Shown here piece after piece: positions 37,261 through 49,937 of a DNA stretch of 64,000 nucleotides (within the stretch, counting starts at the first letter, position 1; the number at the start of each line of letters is the position of its first letter). The DNA lies in assembly GCA_000708835.1 (NCBI GenBank), contig DF237004.1, forward strand, positions 131,480-195,479. Direction: 5' to 3'. Source of the stretch: Klebsormidium nitens (Eukaryota; Plantae; Klebsormidiophyceae). A program made the position numbers and the translations under genes. The notes beneath the pieces were generated by a model that saw only the letters and a list, made by a program, of their open reading frames with translations, ran no database searches and was not told where the DNA came from.

Positions 37261-40200
37261 ATGTCCCGGTCTCTGGCGGAAAGCTTTGAGCGGGTGGAGA
37301 AGACCATGTCGTTGGGGGCCACTTTCCGGCAGACGTCTCCCGATCGGGTGGGCATCTCCGCAAAGGCCCCGCAGGCAACGGCTAAAGAAGTGGTCCTGAA
37401 GCGGCAGCTTTCAGACCTCTCAAAGGAGTTCAATGCCCTGGACAAGCAGCATAACAAGGCTACTACGAAGGTAAGGCTGTGCGGCAGACCCAAGACTTAC
37501 TGGCCAACGGAGGGCTATTCATACACGGGGAGATGGGAGATGTGTAGCCACAAAGCGGGTAGGCGTCAACATAACACGTGTCCCGCTACCCAAATGTTGG
37601 AATCGACCTTCTGGTCTTGGCAGCTCAGACCTGAGAAGAGACTAGATGGGATGCACGGGTGTGAGCAAAAGCAGCTTGGGAAATACCTAAGGATCGTCAC
37701 GGAGGTCTGACTTTTCTCAGCCTGACGAATTCATTTTCACACTAGCAACCCCGGAGTGCTAGACAGAGTCCAAGAATACTTCAATGGCTGGCCAGTGAAG
37801 AATGGCATCACTTTCCACCTCCGTGCAGTATGTGTGGTGTACATATCGTGTAACAAAACACGTCTGTAGATAGGCCTGGGTTCAGACCCACACTCCGCTT
37901 CTCCCCAAGCAGCTGGACAAGATTTTGATGAGGGAACCGATTAAACAGTAAATGGTAGATCCCCCCTCCTCTTCATCTTTGAACAGAGTACGCGTTTGTG
38001 AAAAATTGGACAAGGGCAGGGCGTGATCTCATCTTTTGGTTGCCTGTGCAGCTGGACGAGGTTCTAGAAGAGGTGAAGCGGCTGCGCGCCTGTCACGATG
38101 ACAAGGAGAAGGAGGCCCTGTCTCTACGAAGGGCACTGGAGCGGCTCCGCCTCGATAAGGAGGAGGAGAGCGCCGCCCTTGCGACCGACAAGGCCTACAT
38201 CTGCAAGCTGGAGGCCAAGGTGGCTGCCCAGGCAACAAGTGAGGCCCTACTGAGAGATGCTCTGATCAGAAAGTGGCAATCCGTGGCACCGCCTTCTTCA
38301 ATATCGCTGCAACGTCAAGGAAGAGAAAAGGGATGGTAAACGAAGACATATGTCTAGCTAAAGTCATCATTCTCTGCCTATTCGAACTGGCGCCTTAATC
38401 TTCTGTAGCGCTCCTTCCAGCCTTACACGTCGCTAAAGGCTGGCGAGATGTTGCGAGTCAAGCTGCAGTTTCAGCACCCCACCGTAAGGTCTTTCAAGGC
38501 GGAAAGGTCTGGCTACTGGACGGGGTCAAATGCTAACCTGCGAGGGTTTGCGCACAGGCCTGGAGCAGCTCGAGAAGCACTCAGCGCTGCGTGCACGCAA
38601 CAAAGAGCTGCAGGAGAGTGTCCAGAGCTTGCACGCCGTGCTGGCGTCGACCGAGGCGGAGCTGGGGAGCCGGAACGAAGAGGTGAGGTGGAATCTGCTG
38701 CTTGCTTCTGAAATGCACAAAATTCGAGGGTGTAGGGGAAGTGGCTTCGACAAGGAAGATGGAAAGCGGGCTCGTGAAAGTCTCTTGAGTAAAGGTTGTC
38801 CGGGGAAATTGCTTTGCGAAGAGGAGGGCTTGGATAGACTTTCGAAGGCAGGACTTCCAAGAACGGCGTCGTGACGAGGAGCTTTACAGAAGGCTTCGAG
38901 GATGAGCATTTGAGGGGAAAGTATCCGACGAAAGAGGAATCTGAGAAGAGGAGAAGAGCAAGACACATTTCAGCCGGCCTTCTAATCTCTCAAGAAAAGC
39001 CTTTAATTTACTTGCTTACCGACAACGTGTACAGTGGTACGTGCAGCTTCTGGTCAGTTGCTGTTCGGAGCAATCGCTGACGCAGTGTTCCTTTTGCGCC
39101 TCTTCAGATTGAGAAGCTGCACATCGCGTTGAAGGTGCGGGCGGAGGACCTGCGGAAGGGCGGCTTGTCCGACTCGAAGGTACACAGCTTCTGCGGACAA
39201 TCTTCTTCGCCTTATTGGCATGTATCTCGTGATTTATTCAATTCGCGTTCAGAACGTGGACACTTCAAGTTCAAACGGCTCAGCTCCTTTTCCTCGTCTT
39301 CTTGAAGACGCAAAGGTGCTTCCAGAAGTCGCTCCTTTCTGTACGTGTTCCTGCCCGAAGATAACAAGCTTCTGAAAGTGATATCCTCTTGTTGTGACCA
39401 AAAGCGAGATCAAGGCATTCTTAGGACCCTGTCAGCCCGCTGCTGGAAGTCACCACATTTTCGCTTAACCTCGAACATGAGTGCCCTGGCTAACGTCGCC
39501 ACAAACCTCCTCCCAACAGAGCACTTCCATCAGTCAAAATATCCAAGTCGTTCTACCCGCTGAAGGCAGACGCTGGCATTGTTTTCTTGGTCGAACCAGC
39601 ATTAGCTGACCCGCTCACGTGTCGACGTTCCGTGCAGCCGAGCCTGCTGTTGGAGCTTGCCAACGAGCAGCAGGAGCGGATGAACATCGCGCTCAAGCTG
39701 GCGGAAACCGTGCAAGAGAACAACAAACAGCACGAGCAGGTATGACACCGCCTGAAAAATGCAGAAGCAAGGCGGATGCAAGGCCTTCGATGCATCTTTA
39801 ATCAGACTGACGTTGTTGAGTCCTGACGTCGTTCGAATTTAAGCTTCAGATACGAGTAATGTTGAAAGGTGTCACATGTTTGGGTTGGGAGAGAACAAGC
39901 TAAGCACGGTTTCCAAGTTTGCGGTTTGCAACAGTCCTTTCCCGATCATTCTCCAGAACCTCTCCGAGCAGACGTGATTTGAAACTGCTGTTTTTTAATT
40001 CACCTTGTTCACTATGCCCTTGAGGTTGTTCCTGAAAAGAAGGTAGGCATCACACGAGCGCAAAGATTGCCGACGAATCGGCGGGTCCTTTGATGAAAGC
40101 TTGTGGACAGATTGAGTGTCAGATTGGGGCAGCTGCATGATCCCAAAGCCTATTGAGCGCGCTTCTGGAAGTAAAAAGCTGAGTCTCGATTTCCGCACCG

Positions 40201-43200
40201 CCTCCGCAGATTGAGATCCTGGCGGAGAGGCTCAAGGCCAAGACCGCGGAGTGCGAGCGGACGGCGAAGGAGGCGGACGACAAGTACCGGACGCTGCGGC
40301 AGGAGACCCAGAAGCAGCTGCACGCGTTTGAAAACGAGGTGAGGCTCGACGAGAGGTCCAATAACTGCTCTGTGAGGTCCTTGAGAAAATGCGTTCACTG
40401 AAAAGGCGATTCCATCCGTCCTTCAATGTAATTGTTGGTGAGGTTCTTCTATATTCCTGAAGCCTTTGTTTTGACGGATGCTTCGAAACGGTGATATGAT
40501 GCGACGCGAAGAAGCTGAATAAAGTCTGCGAAACGTCCTTCCTTCGCAGGAGGAAACCTCAGGAACTTGGTGAACATGTTGACTAGTATTTTGAAAGCAA
40601 ACTACCATCTCGTGAAGGTTAAGCAACCACTCTTGAGACATAGTAGTATGCTTCCTTCACTTGCGTTTAACCCTTCACTCACCCGTTAACGCAGGTCGCG
40701 GACCTCAAGACACGTGTCCAAGACCGCGAGGCGCGCACCGTCGATCTCCGGACCGACCTGAGAGAGGCACGTGCCGAGAGGCAGAGGCTCCAGGAGAGTT
40801 TGCAGCGCGAGCAGCAGAACGCGAGCGAGCGGAGCGCGCACATCAAGGAGGGCGAGCGGCGTCTCGCGGACGAGCAGGCGCGCGTGAAGCAGCTGACGGC
40901 CGCGCTCGCGGCCGCGACGCAGGCGGCCGAAGAAGCTAGAAAGTGAGCTCGTCTCTTCTCGTCTGCTTTGATGGTACGGTTGGCAACGGTAGACCGTCTC
41001 GGGCTGAGCTTCTCAGCCTAGCTGTTATGCTGCGATAATGTGATACGAAGAGCACAGCTTTTTGGGGCCAAAGGACAACATTCAGCGAAATCAGCGTTCA
41101 AAGTCAACAATTTTTGAAATTTTTCCAAAGCATCCGCCAAGAATCCGGTCAATCGCTCCGCGTTGGCCTGAGCTTTGAGTCGCTCACTTGCATCGGCGTT
41201 GTGGATCAACGGTTGCTGTGATACATCTCCATGAATTGGAGTGGCGGAGTGTCGACCTTTCGTGATAATATCGGGCTTCTGTGATAGTAACCCTATAGTA
41301 AAACTTTGCTTAAACCTGCTATAAAACGAACGAAATCTGTGGTTGTTAATGAAGTACTCCGGTGTCTGTCCAGGACGGCGAAGCACAACATCGAGGAGCA
41401 CCGAGTTGAACTGGCGGCTGCTGTACAGAAAGAGGTTCGTTTTCATTCGAGTTGCCTTAAAATTGTGAATTCATTATTTCAAGTCGTATCGTATGTGTTC
41501 ATTTGCGCCGCTAGAGCACACTTCTGAAGAGTGATTTGAGGCCGCTTTGAAACGAAAGGACCTAGTAAAGAGATTCATCGGATTCCATAACGTTGACACG
41601 AAAAGAGTCTAGAACTTGATCTTGTTTCGTTGCAGACAAAGCGAACGGAAGAGGCGAAGCAGCGGATCGCGGAACTGGAGGACGACCTGGAGGATTGCAA
41701 GCGGCAGATGCACGTAAGCGTCTCTTCTACTGCTCCTTGCATGGAAATTTGCTGATGCGCTTGGTTCTCCACCCAAGGCCACTAGGTTAGGCAGAGCAGT
41801 AATGTCCATATTATTGAAACAGCAAGACCAGCCGATACCGAAGACAAACAAGCTCGGATAACAGGAGAAGTCTCAAGTAGAGAAAATGGCGTCGTGGAGG
41901 TCAACAGAAGCTGCTTGCAGAACATCCTTCACGTTCCATGAGCTCCCACTGCGGCACTTTTCCTCCGCTTCGCTTTTGCTCCTCTCGTAAGCGATCTCCT
42001 TTGCACGTTCTGGGCACCAAAAATGTAATCGACGCGCCGAGTATCCATTTCTCGTACTTCGTTACGAGAAACCTTGGGAGGCCTTAAGTTCGTTCTCTGG
42101 ATGTCTCGTTCACAAGGCAAGAAGGACGCAATTAGTGGACCAGATTCACCGCCCTCAAGTATGCAGCATCCGTAAGAAATGACTCAATTCCCACTCTCAT
42201 CTGTACAGATGGCGGTCTCGATGGCCAAGAAAGAAGCGGTGTCCGACCTGGAGAAGACGCGCGCGCGCGCGTCCGAGGACCTCGCGCGCGCGCGCAAGCA
42301 GATGCTGGCGGACCACGAGCAGGTGGTCAAGCAGCTGACCAAGGACGTGGACGGAATCCGGCGCGCGCTCGCGGCGGAAACGGAAAAGGTCGCCGAGCGC
42401 GAGCACGCGCTCGCGGACCTGCGCCGGCGCGAGCAGGAGGCGCGCGAGGAGATCAGCGGGCTGCACGCAGAGCTGGACCACTTCACGGAGGTGGGAATGA
42501 GCCGTGCTCGGCTGACTCTTTTTTGATGCCTTGTGGGCTGCAGACCCTGTTGGTCTTCGACAATTTTACCACAGAATCCAGTCCTAAGGAGACATGCATG
42601 GATCTTCACAAGTCACCCAGAATGTGTAGCGCTTAATCAGGTAAGGGAAATGAATGGGAGCGAAGACAGGGAGGATCATGGGGATTGGGGTTGATCCGTC
42701 CCCCTTCTCCTTCCACCTGTTTCTCACGTTGATCTTTCGAGTCTCGTTACTTTCTTGGCACTAGAGAGTTCCGAGCAATCTCTTCTTCCTTCGTCTTGCA
42801 CGGGAATATGACTTCCATGCTGCAAGAAGAGGAAGAGGAAGAGGAAGAGGAAGAGGAAGAGGAAGAGGAAGAGGAAGAAAAAAAATCTGTGTCTCGAACT
42901 CTTCATTCACTGATTCTTCGACATCATGCACCATCTCATCCCCTCCAGAGGCTGAAAGCTGCTTTTCTTCTCTCTGCTGATCGTGATTACAAACAACCAT
43001 TCTCGGGAACCTTTTCCCCTTTGCCAGTAACGGGAGTTTGTTTTCCAACCGCCCAGGTCAACGGCGAGATCCAGAGCGACGCTCAGGCAGAGCAGCGCCA
43101 GAGACTGCGCGAGGAGAAGCGCGCGTCAGCCTTCGCGCACCAGGTGGCGTCACTCGAGGCCCAGCTGACGTCAGTGCGCAAGGAGAAGGCGGCCAGCGAC

Positions 43201-45906
43201 AGCGCGCTCAAGGTCAAGCTGGAGGAGGCGCTCGAGGAACTTCGGGTGAGTCGCGCGCGCGCGCCCCTGTAAATCGAGTGCCGCCTTTGAGCAGCGCTTT
43301 TCAATGCAGCCAACAGTGGTACTAGCCCCACTCTGGTCGCGAAGAACTGCCTCACTCTATTCTGAGTGATCGAGCATGCTGTTTGGTTCAGCAAACAATG
43401 AACTTGAACAGCAGATGTGGGCATCGGTAAGTTTCAGCAGTAGTTTCGACTGAGAACCACTTGAGGCTTTGGTGCTTGCTCTCCAACATTTTGTCGTTTG
43501 ATGACGTTGCACTCCTACCAATCAGTGCCCGTTGAAATCTGAAGTTGAGTTCGTTCAGCGCCCGCAAAACATGATGGTCGCCTTCGTTTCCCACTTTTGC
43601 CCACACCTCACGCGCCTCCGCCGCCGTTCGCAGGCGACCATCGAGGAGCGCGACCAGGCCAAGCGCGCGCTCCAGGAGACCAAGTCCAAGACGCTATCCT
43701 CCTCCACCAACCACTCCACTCTAGTTGCCGAGAACCGGCAGCTGCGGCAGCAGGCGGAGGAGCTCGCGCGCGCGAAGGCCGCCGCGCAGAAGGCCGCGAG
43801 CGACGCGGCCGCGGGGCTGCGCGTAAAGCTGGAGCAGGCGCAAGTGCAGGTGCGCGAGTGGGAGGCGGCGGCCGCGCGGCTCGAGTCCAAGAACGAACGG
43901 CTGCAGGTGAGACGGGAAATAAGCATATGCTGGTGGGAATAATAATAGCTGCATGATCGCTTGGGACTCTCTCCAGTGGGCGCTTCTTCAGCGGCTAACT
44001 TTCGTCGATAAAGAGTCGTTTGCGCCCGAGTCGTTTGGTTTTCCACATTGGAGATGCCCGAACTCAGACTGGGGTTGATGAGCGTCGATTGAATCCGGCT
44101 TTAGATGCAAGTATGCAGATTGTCTCTCGACTTAATCTTTCTTATGTCGCTCAGAAGTACAAACCGACAAAGCGATTCCAAAGCCCCATGTCTCTCTAGC
44201 TCAAAAAGGCAGCTTCAATATCTGGGGTAGTCCATTAGAAAAGTTCCAGGTGTTCTTAATACTTAACCACCGAACCCATTGCATCCAGGCGCTGGTTGAC
44301 GCCGAGCGCAAGGGCAGCGCCGCCCTCGCGAAGCAGTGCACTTCGGCCCTGCGCGCGCTGCACACCACGTCGCCCCCCCACCGCGCGCCCGACTACGCGC
44401 GCGCGCGCTCCTCGGACGGCGCCTTCGCGGCCGCGTCCGAGGGCGCCGTCCGCCGGAGCCCGCCGGAAACGGTCGAGCCGATTCTCCTGAACTCCGAGGC
44501 GCGGGATCTGGAGCTGGGCTCGGAAGGACGGAATTCCGCTCCGGCGAAGGGAATCGCCAGCCGCTTCTACGACTCCATCGACGTGGGAGACGCGTGGACG
44601 CGACACGTGTCCGTCGAGGGTACCTTTGGGCGTCCGGTGGAGACTCGCCGGACGGAATGGAAGTCATACGGATCGGACGAGCAGGTGAAACAGGTCGTCG
44701 TTTCAATAGAGCCGCGCTACGAGCGGCGACCGGATTCTAGAGCCGAGACGCCCGCCTTTTCGGACGCACCTTCGGACGGCCTCAAAGCAGATCCGGACGC
44801 TCTAACAAGGGAGATGTCCGGCGATGACGTCGCTGGAGTTGAAATTCGCTCGCGCAGAACCTCGAGGCGTGCTTCCGCTGGCGGAATGTCGGTGTCTGAA
44901 AACGGAATGGATGAAGACCGTCCGGAACAGGGGCGTCCTAATGCGCTCGAAGCTCTCTTGAACGACTTCGACGTTGATAACGCATCCGCTGACGGCGAGA
45001 GCAGCCGGCGCTTCTCACGAAACGGAAGGGCCAGCGGAATGGCGGAGTCCGCCGGAATGAAGAAGCCGGCGCTCAGTTTGGAGGACCTGGCGGACCTGGC
45101 GGAACCGTACTCGCCGCCGGTTTCGGACGGCGGAGCGTCCGAAGGCAATGGGGAGCCGTACGAGGTGGGTTTTCGAACAGAAAAAATAAGTTCGTGGTTG
45201 AGTGAGTACAGAAATTGACATCAGCTGGTGTTCGCCACTTGTGAAGTACCTCTCATCCTCTCTGGGCCGTACGTCAACAATCAGGATGAGAGCCGGGGGA
45301 GGAGAACGGCGGGACAGTTTCGAAGCCAAACAAAAGACCAGGATATGTTCAGAGGTGGAAACTCGTAAAGCGAAGATCACGAACGACTACTGCATGTCGA
45401 AGGTTTGGGAAGCGTTTGATTATTACCAATCTGGCGTCTGGCAATGCTTGTGGTGCCTACAATGAGTCCCTGGCGTCAAGGTCAGGGTTTTGACTCTTGA
45501 AGTTCATCTTTCCAACTCACCTTTAAATGTTTACGATAACCCACAGTGAACTCAGACCCGCACTTTCAAACCGCACCCAGATATGCGGGTATCTGGCTTT
45601 CACATTGCTGTTCTTGAAGCCTGTTGTTGAAGCAAATCTCTTTTCGTCGTCTTAACTACTGAGATGCCTTTTTACAACACGGTGGAAGTCTTGGCTGGAA
45701 AGTTGGTCAAGGAACCGTGTAGACCCTGTACAAGCTCCTCATCTCCCGCCCGTTCTTTCTTGTAGATGGGGCCTGAGGACTCCGAGTCGTGGAAGCAGGT
45801 GAACAGGATTGCGAAGGTCGCGGCAAACGGGTCTTCCCGGCCGGCCAGCTCCCTAGGGCTGGAGACGGAACGGAGTCACATCCCGGACGATGACGATGAG
45901 GCTTGA
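37261..45906 (+). CDS. Long coiled-coil protein with acidic/Ser-rich disordered C-terminus, more than 12 exons; the true start may lie upstream (~36300)
   Basis: In-phase GT-AG exons with heptad-like E/K/R/L/A composition (LDEVLEEVKRLRACHDDKEKEALSLRRALERL; IEKLHIALKVRAEDLRK; AKQRIAELEDDLEDCKRQMH; large exon 44289-45164; last exon ending DDDDEA* at 45906). No specific family recognised. Confidence 0.8.
42829..42876 (+). repeat. (GAGGAA)8 microsatellite in an intron of the coiled-coil gene
   Basis: Eight perfect hexamer units followed by an A run, between the donor near 42490 (GAG|GTGGGA) and the acceptor near 43056 (CCCAG|GTCAAC). Confidence 0.95.
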
Positions 45907-47621
45907 CGTCATGCGAAAATATTTTTCTGCGGAGACCGTCAAAATGATTGACCTGAAGGGTGCGGCTTTTACTGACTGATATGTTGACCGGTTGAGTAGC
46001 ATCCGTCCCATTGGAGATAATTGAGGGACAAAAGCAGACAGTAGTCAGGATACCTTAATTGCACAGCGTAGTCGGGCAATTGCCAGCTCCTGCGTATGAT
46101 TGCAAGGAGCTCACCGAGATAAGTCTCGACGGTCGGCTGCGGCCAATCAACAGGACAGGGAACAGCTCAGTCGGACACTAGCTCATAGTGCAAGCAGAGA
46201 GAATAAACAGATAAGGTAGTGTATACATCGAGCATATGTGCAGTCAGTTTACCGCACAGGAAGCTTCAACCTTTTCTTGGGAATAGAAGGATACCAGGTT
46301 GCGACAGCGGAAACGAAGCTCTCAATTCAGCTGCTAGGGAGCTCTATGGTTCCACATGCTGGGACGTTGCCAGTCAACCGGAAACCCAACATCGCTGCAC
46401 CAGAGATCTGCATGTCGCCATGCTATGCAGACCGGTACATATGCACAATGCATATCGGGTTTCCAATCTGGAAACCAGCTCACCGATCTATGTGTCAAGC
46501 GCGCGCGATTGCCTGTTCACAAGTGATTCAAAGAAGAAATGCAGATTGATTGAGCTTCAATTGAGACTTTAGGTTACATATTTGCCCTAGAGGTGTACCT
46601 GGATTTCTGCAGGCTTGCATGAAACTTCGTGGCGCGTAGCTGCTATACGCAAACCTTGCCAGCCTTTGCATGATCGGAGCCTGTGCACTCGACGATCATC
46701 ATGTTGGAGGACGGAGGCCTCAGGCTGGCCGTTGCATAGATGTGGATCGTTGCTAGGCTGCATGCATACGCAATGCATTGACCGGACCGACATGTCCATA
46801 GATCCCGGCAGACCGTCGGCCCTCAGTGCAGTGCAGTGCCAGCCGCCGTACGTGCAAGCCCACATGGCGGCCGCCTGTTTAGTAAGTATTTGCAGTGACT
46901 GCCGAGCATGCATCCATCTTCTTGTCCGACGTCGGATCAGGGGCGGCGGAGTGGATCAATCCATGTTTTGTGATGGATCAGCGGAACTCAATGACATAGC
47001 AGCTCCAGTCCAAAGTTGGCTCGCTTGCGGCGCGGACGCCCAATACGGTAATTGGTTGGACAGTGCTTCAAGCACACGGCGTGATCATGTGAGATTGTTA
47101 TACTCCTATACACTCGAGGCGTGTCTGACGCCAGGAGCAACTAGCTACAGCACCTGCATAATCATTAATACATGAGCATAATCGACAATCGAGCTTTGCA
47201 CCCTGATCCAACACGCCTGACGCCAAGTGCAACTGAAACGGGCACATGTCTGTCATCAACGTAGTCGTAGCTGCATACACACGAGTCCTCTTTCTTGTAG
47301 GACAAGCAAGACCAGCAATCAGTGGGATGTTGAACAACACCGTAGCTCGGCTCGAAATATGAGCAATTCCTTTTTCCCAGCAGGTCGATATTGACCCGAA
47401 CGAATGCCAGTGGCCTCAAGACTGGTGATAGACTAAGACTGTTGCTGTGCTCAAGGGCTGTGGTAGGCTGATTTGAAAGATCAGAGAAGGCATTGAGGCC
47501 AAAAGTGACAACTTTTGGACGTGCAAGACAGCTCTACGATCCAGCCAAACACATCAACGCCTGCTTTTGGCACGATGAACGAGTTTGTTTGTTCAGTGGT
47601 TTTCAAACGTCAAGCTCATCC

Positions 47622-49116
47622 CTATGGTTCCGACTCTGCTCCACCAACTGCAAAAAACAACGACGCCATGAGAAACTTACAATAAGATCAGCAACACAAG
47701 AGCCGTTTGGGGGCGTGAGGATACAAGATGTCGTTTCGCGATAACTCAAAACGTCAGGTCATCGTCAGACAATCCATCAGGCCCTTGCGGCGTTTTTTGA
47801 CTACCTATCCCTTAAGCCAAAAAATCTGTACACATCCATTGAGGGCCCCGAGATGATCGCACAAAGTGTGTTGGATAATCATCCTTCATCAATCAGAACG
47901 ATGTGACTGAATATCCTACCGACCAGAACAGATCTTCGCCACAGAAAGCAGTGCCGCCGTGAGCCGCAAATGACGCCGGCCAGAGGCTGTAATCACTTCT
48001 TTTTTGAGGCGCTTTTCGCGACCCCGTGTGCAGATGCTCGTCATATAGCCCTAGCTTCTCTCATTATAGACAAACCCAACCTTCCGCTGCACGTGGCCCA
48101 CCCCAATTGACCCAGCCCATGATTGAAGTTACCCGTCAACGTAAACAGTCCTGTGATCACACAAAATTTGCTGCAACGAGTAACGTAGGCACCAGTGCTG
48201 TGCACCAGGCAAGCGTGGGGCCAGCGGCTCACCTTGGAATCGCCGCCTGTTGGCTTTCTTGGACTCCTCGATCTGCGCCTCAAGCTCCACCTTCGTCTTC
48301 TCCTCAAACTTCACAATCTCGTTTGCACACACGGCCCCGAGCCCCGCACCCAGCACGTGCTTCCACGGTTCTGCAAGGGGCGAAATGGGTTGGTGTCCAA
48401 AGAATGCTACTGACCCAAAGAATGCTCGAGAGCGCAGGAGTGGAATTAATTGGGGTGCCTGAAAATTGGATTCAACTGCACGTCTAGCGCAGTTCGAAAA
48501 ACGTCTTGGCCACTTCAGAATGCTTCAGGCTACTTCAGAATGCTTCAGAACTAGAATGATGCCCTTATGACCCGATCGCTGGGTGAAGTTGTGAGAGGAA
48601 GGAGCTCAGACATCAATTCGTCAAGCCCGCTGCTTTCAGGTGCTTGCTTTATCCTCCAACCGAGTGGAAAGTTCCCAATGGGATGGCAGATCAGCTAATT
48701 AACAAAGTTCAGCACAACCCGCCCCCATTGCTGATAACCTGAGCGCCTCACCCAATTTTAGGACTTTGTTACGTTGCTATCGCTTGATACATTTTATGCT
48801 TTGACGACTCTGCTATTATGGTAGTGGAATAACGAAGCACACAGCCTGATAGTGACTTTCAGCTTGCGTCGGAGTCATACTTTTCATATGCAAAGCAGTG
48901 ATAAGGCCACAGGTCTAACAAACCTGTGGCGCAATGTCTGCAGCAGAATCCGTCCAGATTCTTAGCAAGGGACTTTGCTCAAATGGAAAACTTCTCAAAA
49001 TGTTGTCTTCAATCCGTGCACTCACCCCGCATGGCCGGCAGCTTCCGGACGGCATTGCTGTAGAATTGTACCCCCGCACCAAAAAGCGCCCCGACTAGGG
49101 TTGCGGTGGCGACCAT
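47622..49116 (-). CDS. NDUFC2: Mitochondrial complex I accessory subunit B14.5b (NDUFC2), plant type; exons 49116-49026, 48370-48233, 47647-47622 (last exon tentative); ~84 aa
   Basis: The spliced product MVATATLVGALFGAGVQFYSNAVRKLPAMREPWKHVLGAGLGAVCANEIVKFEEKTKVELEAQIEESKKANRRRFQ matches the plant B14.5b pattern (T.VGAL.G.G.Q.YSNA.RKLP.MRHPW.HV.G.GLGAV..N...K.....K..L.......R.AN.RR). Confidence 0.9.
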
Positions 49117-49937
49117 ATTTTCAAGGATCTTCAATCCTTTGTCAGAAATCTGTGACGGGCACGTCAAGTTACCGACGCCAGACTCTGGCGCCCCAAACCA
49201 AGGCTCTTGTTGATTCCTACAGCAGAGTGTTGGAATGGACTGCTAAGGCTGCTGCCTTTCTATTATGTCAGCACATTTGAAATCCGGTTTGGCCCTCTGC
49301 AGGCCAAATGGCCAAGGACTTCGTTGCCCACGTTCGAGATCCAATGAAGAACAACTTTACAAATTGCCGATGAGATCCTGAGATTTGCCCTCAACCACTA
49401 CAATCAAAGGCGCCCTGTAACAATGGTAGGAAAATCTTGCAGGCAGGGTTTGGCAAGGTCCAAAAGATGGATTGTTGCATACAGAACCCAAAATCAAACG
49501 GGAGAAGGCGCGCCGCTCAAGCAACAGAAGACCAGCAAATGTGCTGATCTTGAAGTTGAACTTGAAGCGCAGCTAAAGCTTTCAGCAACTCAGAACTAGA
49601 CTGAGCAGAAGGCCGGCAATGGTACTTGCATTAGTCCAAGCTGTCGCTTACCATTACCACCTGCAAATCATTGCCAGCTCAGCCTCATGCAGGAGTTCGG
49701 ACTTTTTGAGATTTTAGGGTTTGTCTTTGAAGGTGCGACACCCTATTAGTATACGTGGGGCCCAATGCGCCTCACTCGTGAGAGAAGGGCGTCATTCAGA
49801 AAAGTTTCTAAAGGATGGTGCAACTTCCAGCCATCGGCTGAAGGAAGATGCGATCCCCTGTCCAGAAAGAAAAGTTTTTTGAGAAAGCAAAGCCCAGGTT
49901 GCAGCATTCACTTTGATTGAGTGCTGGACCAGCCGCC

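Noticed and set aside
42796-43272. Poly-Glu ORF in frame with the next coiled-coil exon
   Set aside because: The poly-E is a GAGGAA microsatellite lying between a good donor and a good acceptor. No convincing acceptor precedes it, so it is treated as intronic.
44256-45148. Multiple overlapping antisense and off-frame ORFs over GC-rich exons (also at 698-1567, 27631-28151, 32292-33311)
   Set aside because: These are shadow ORFs expected from stop-poor GC-rich coding sequence. The sense-frame gene explains them.
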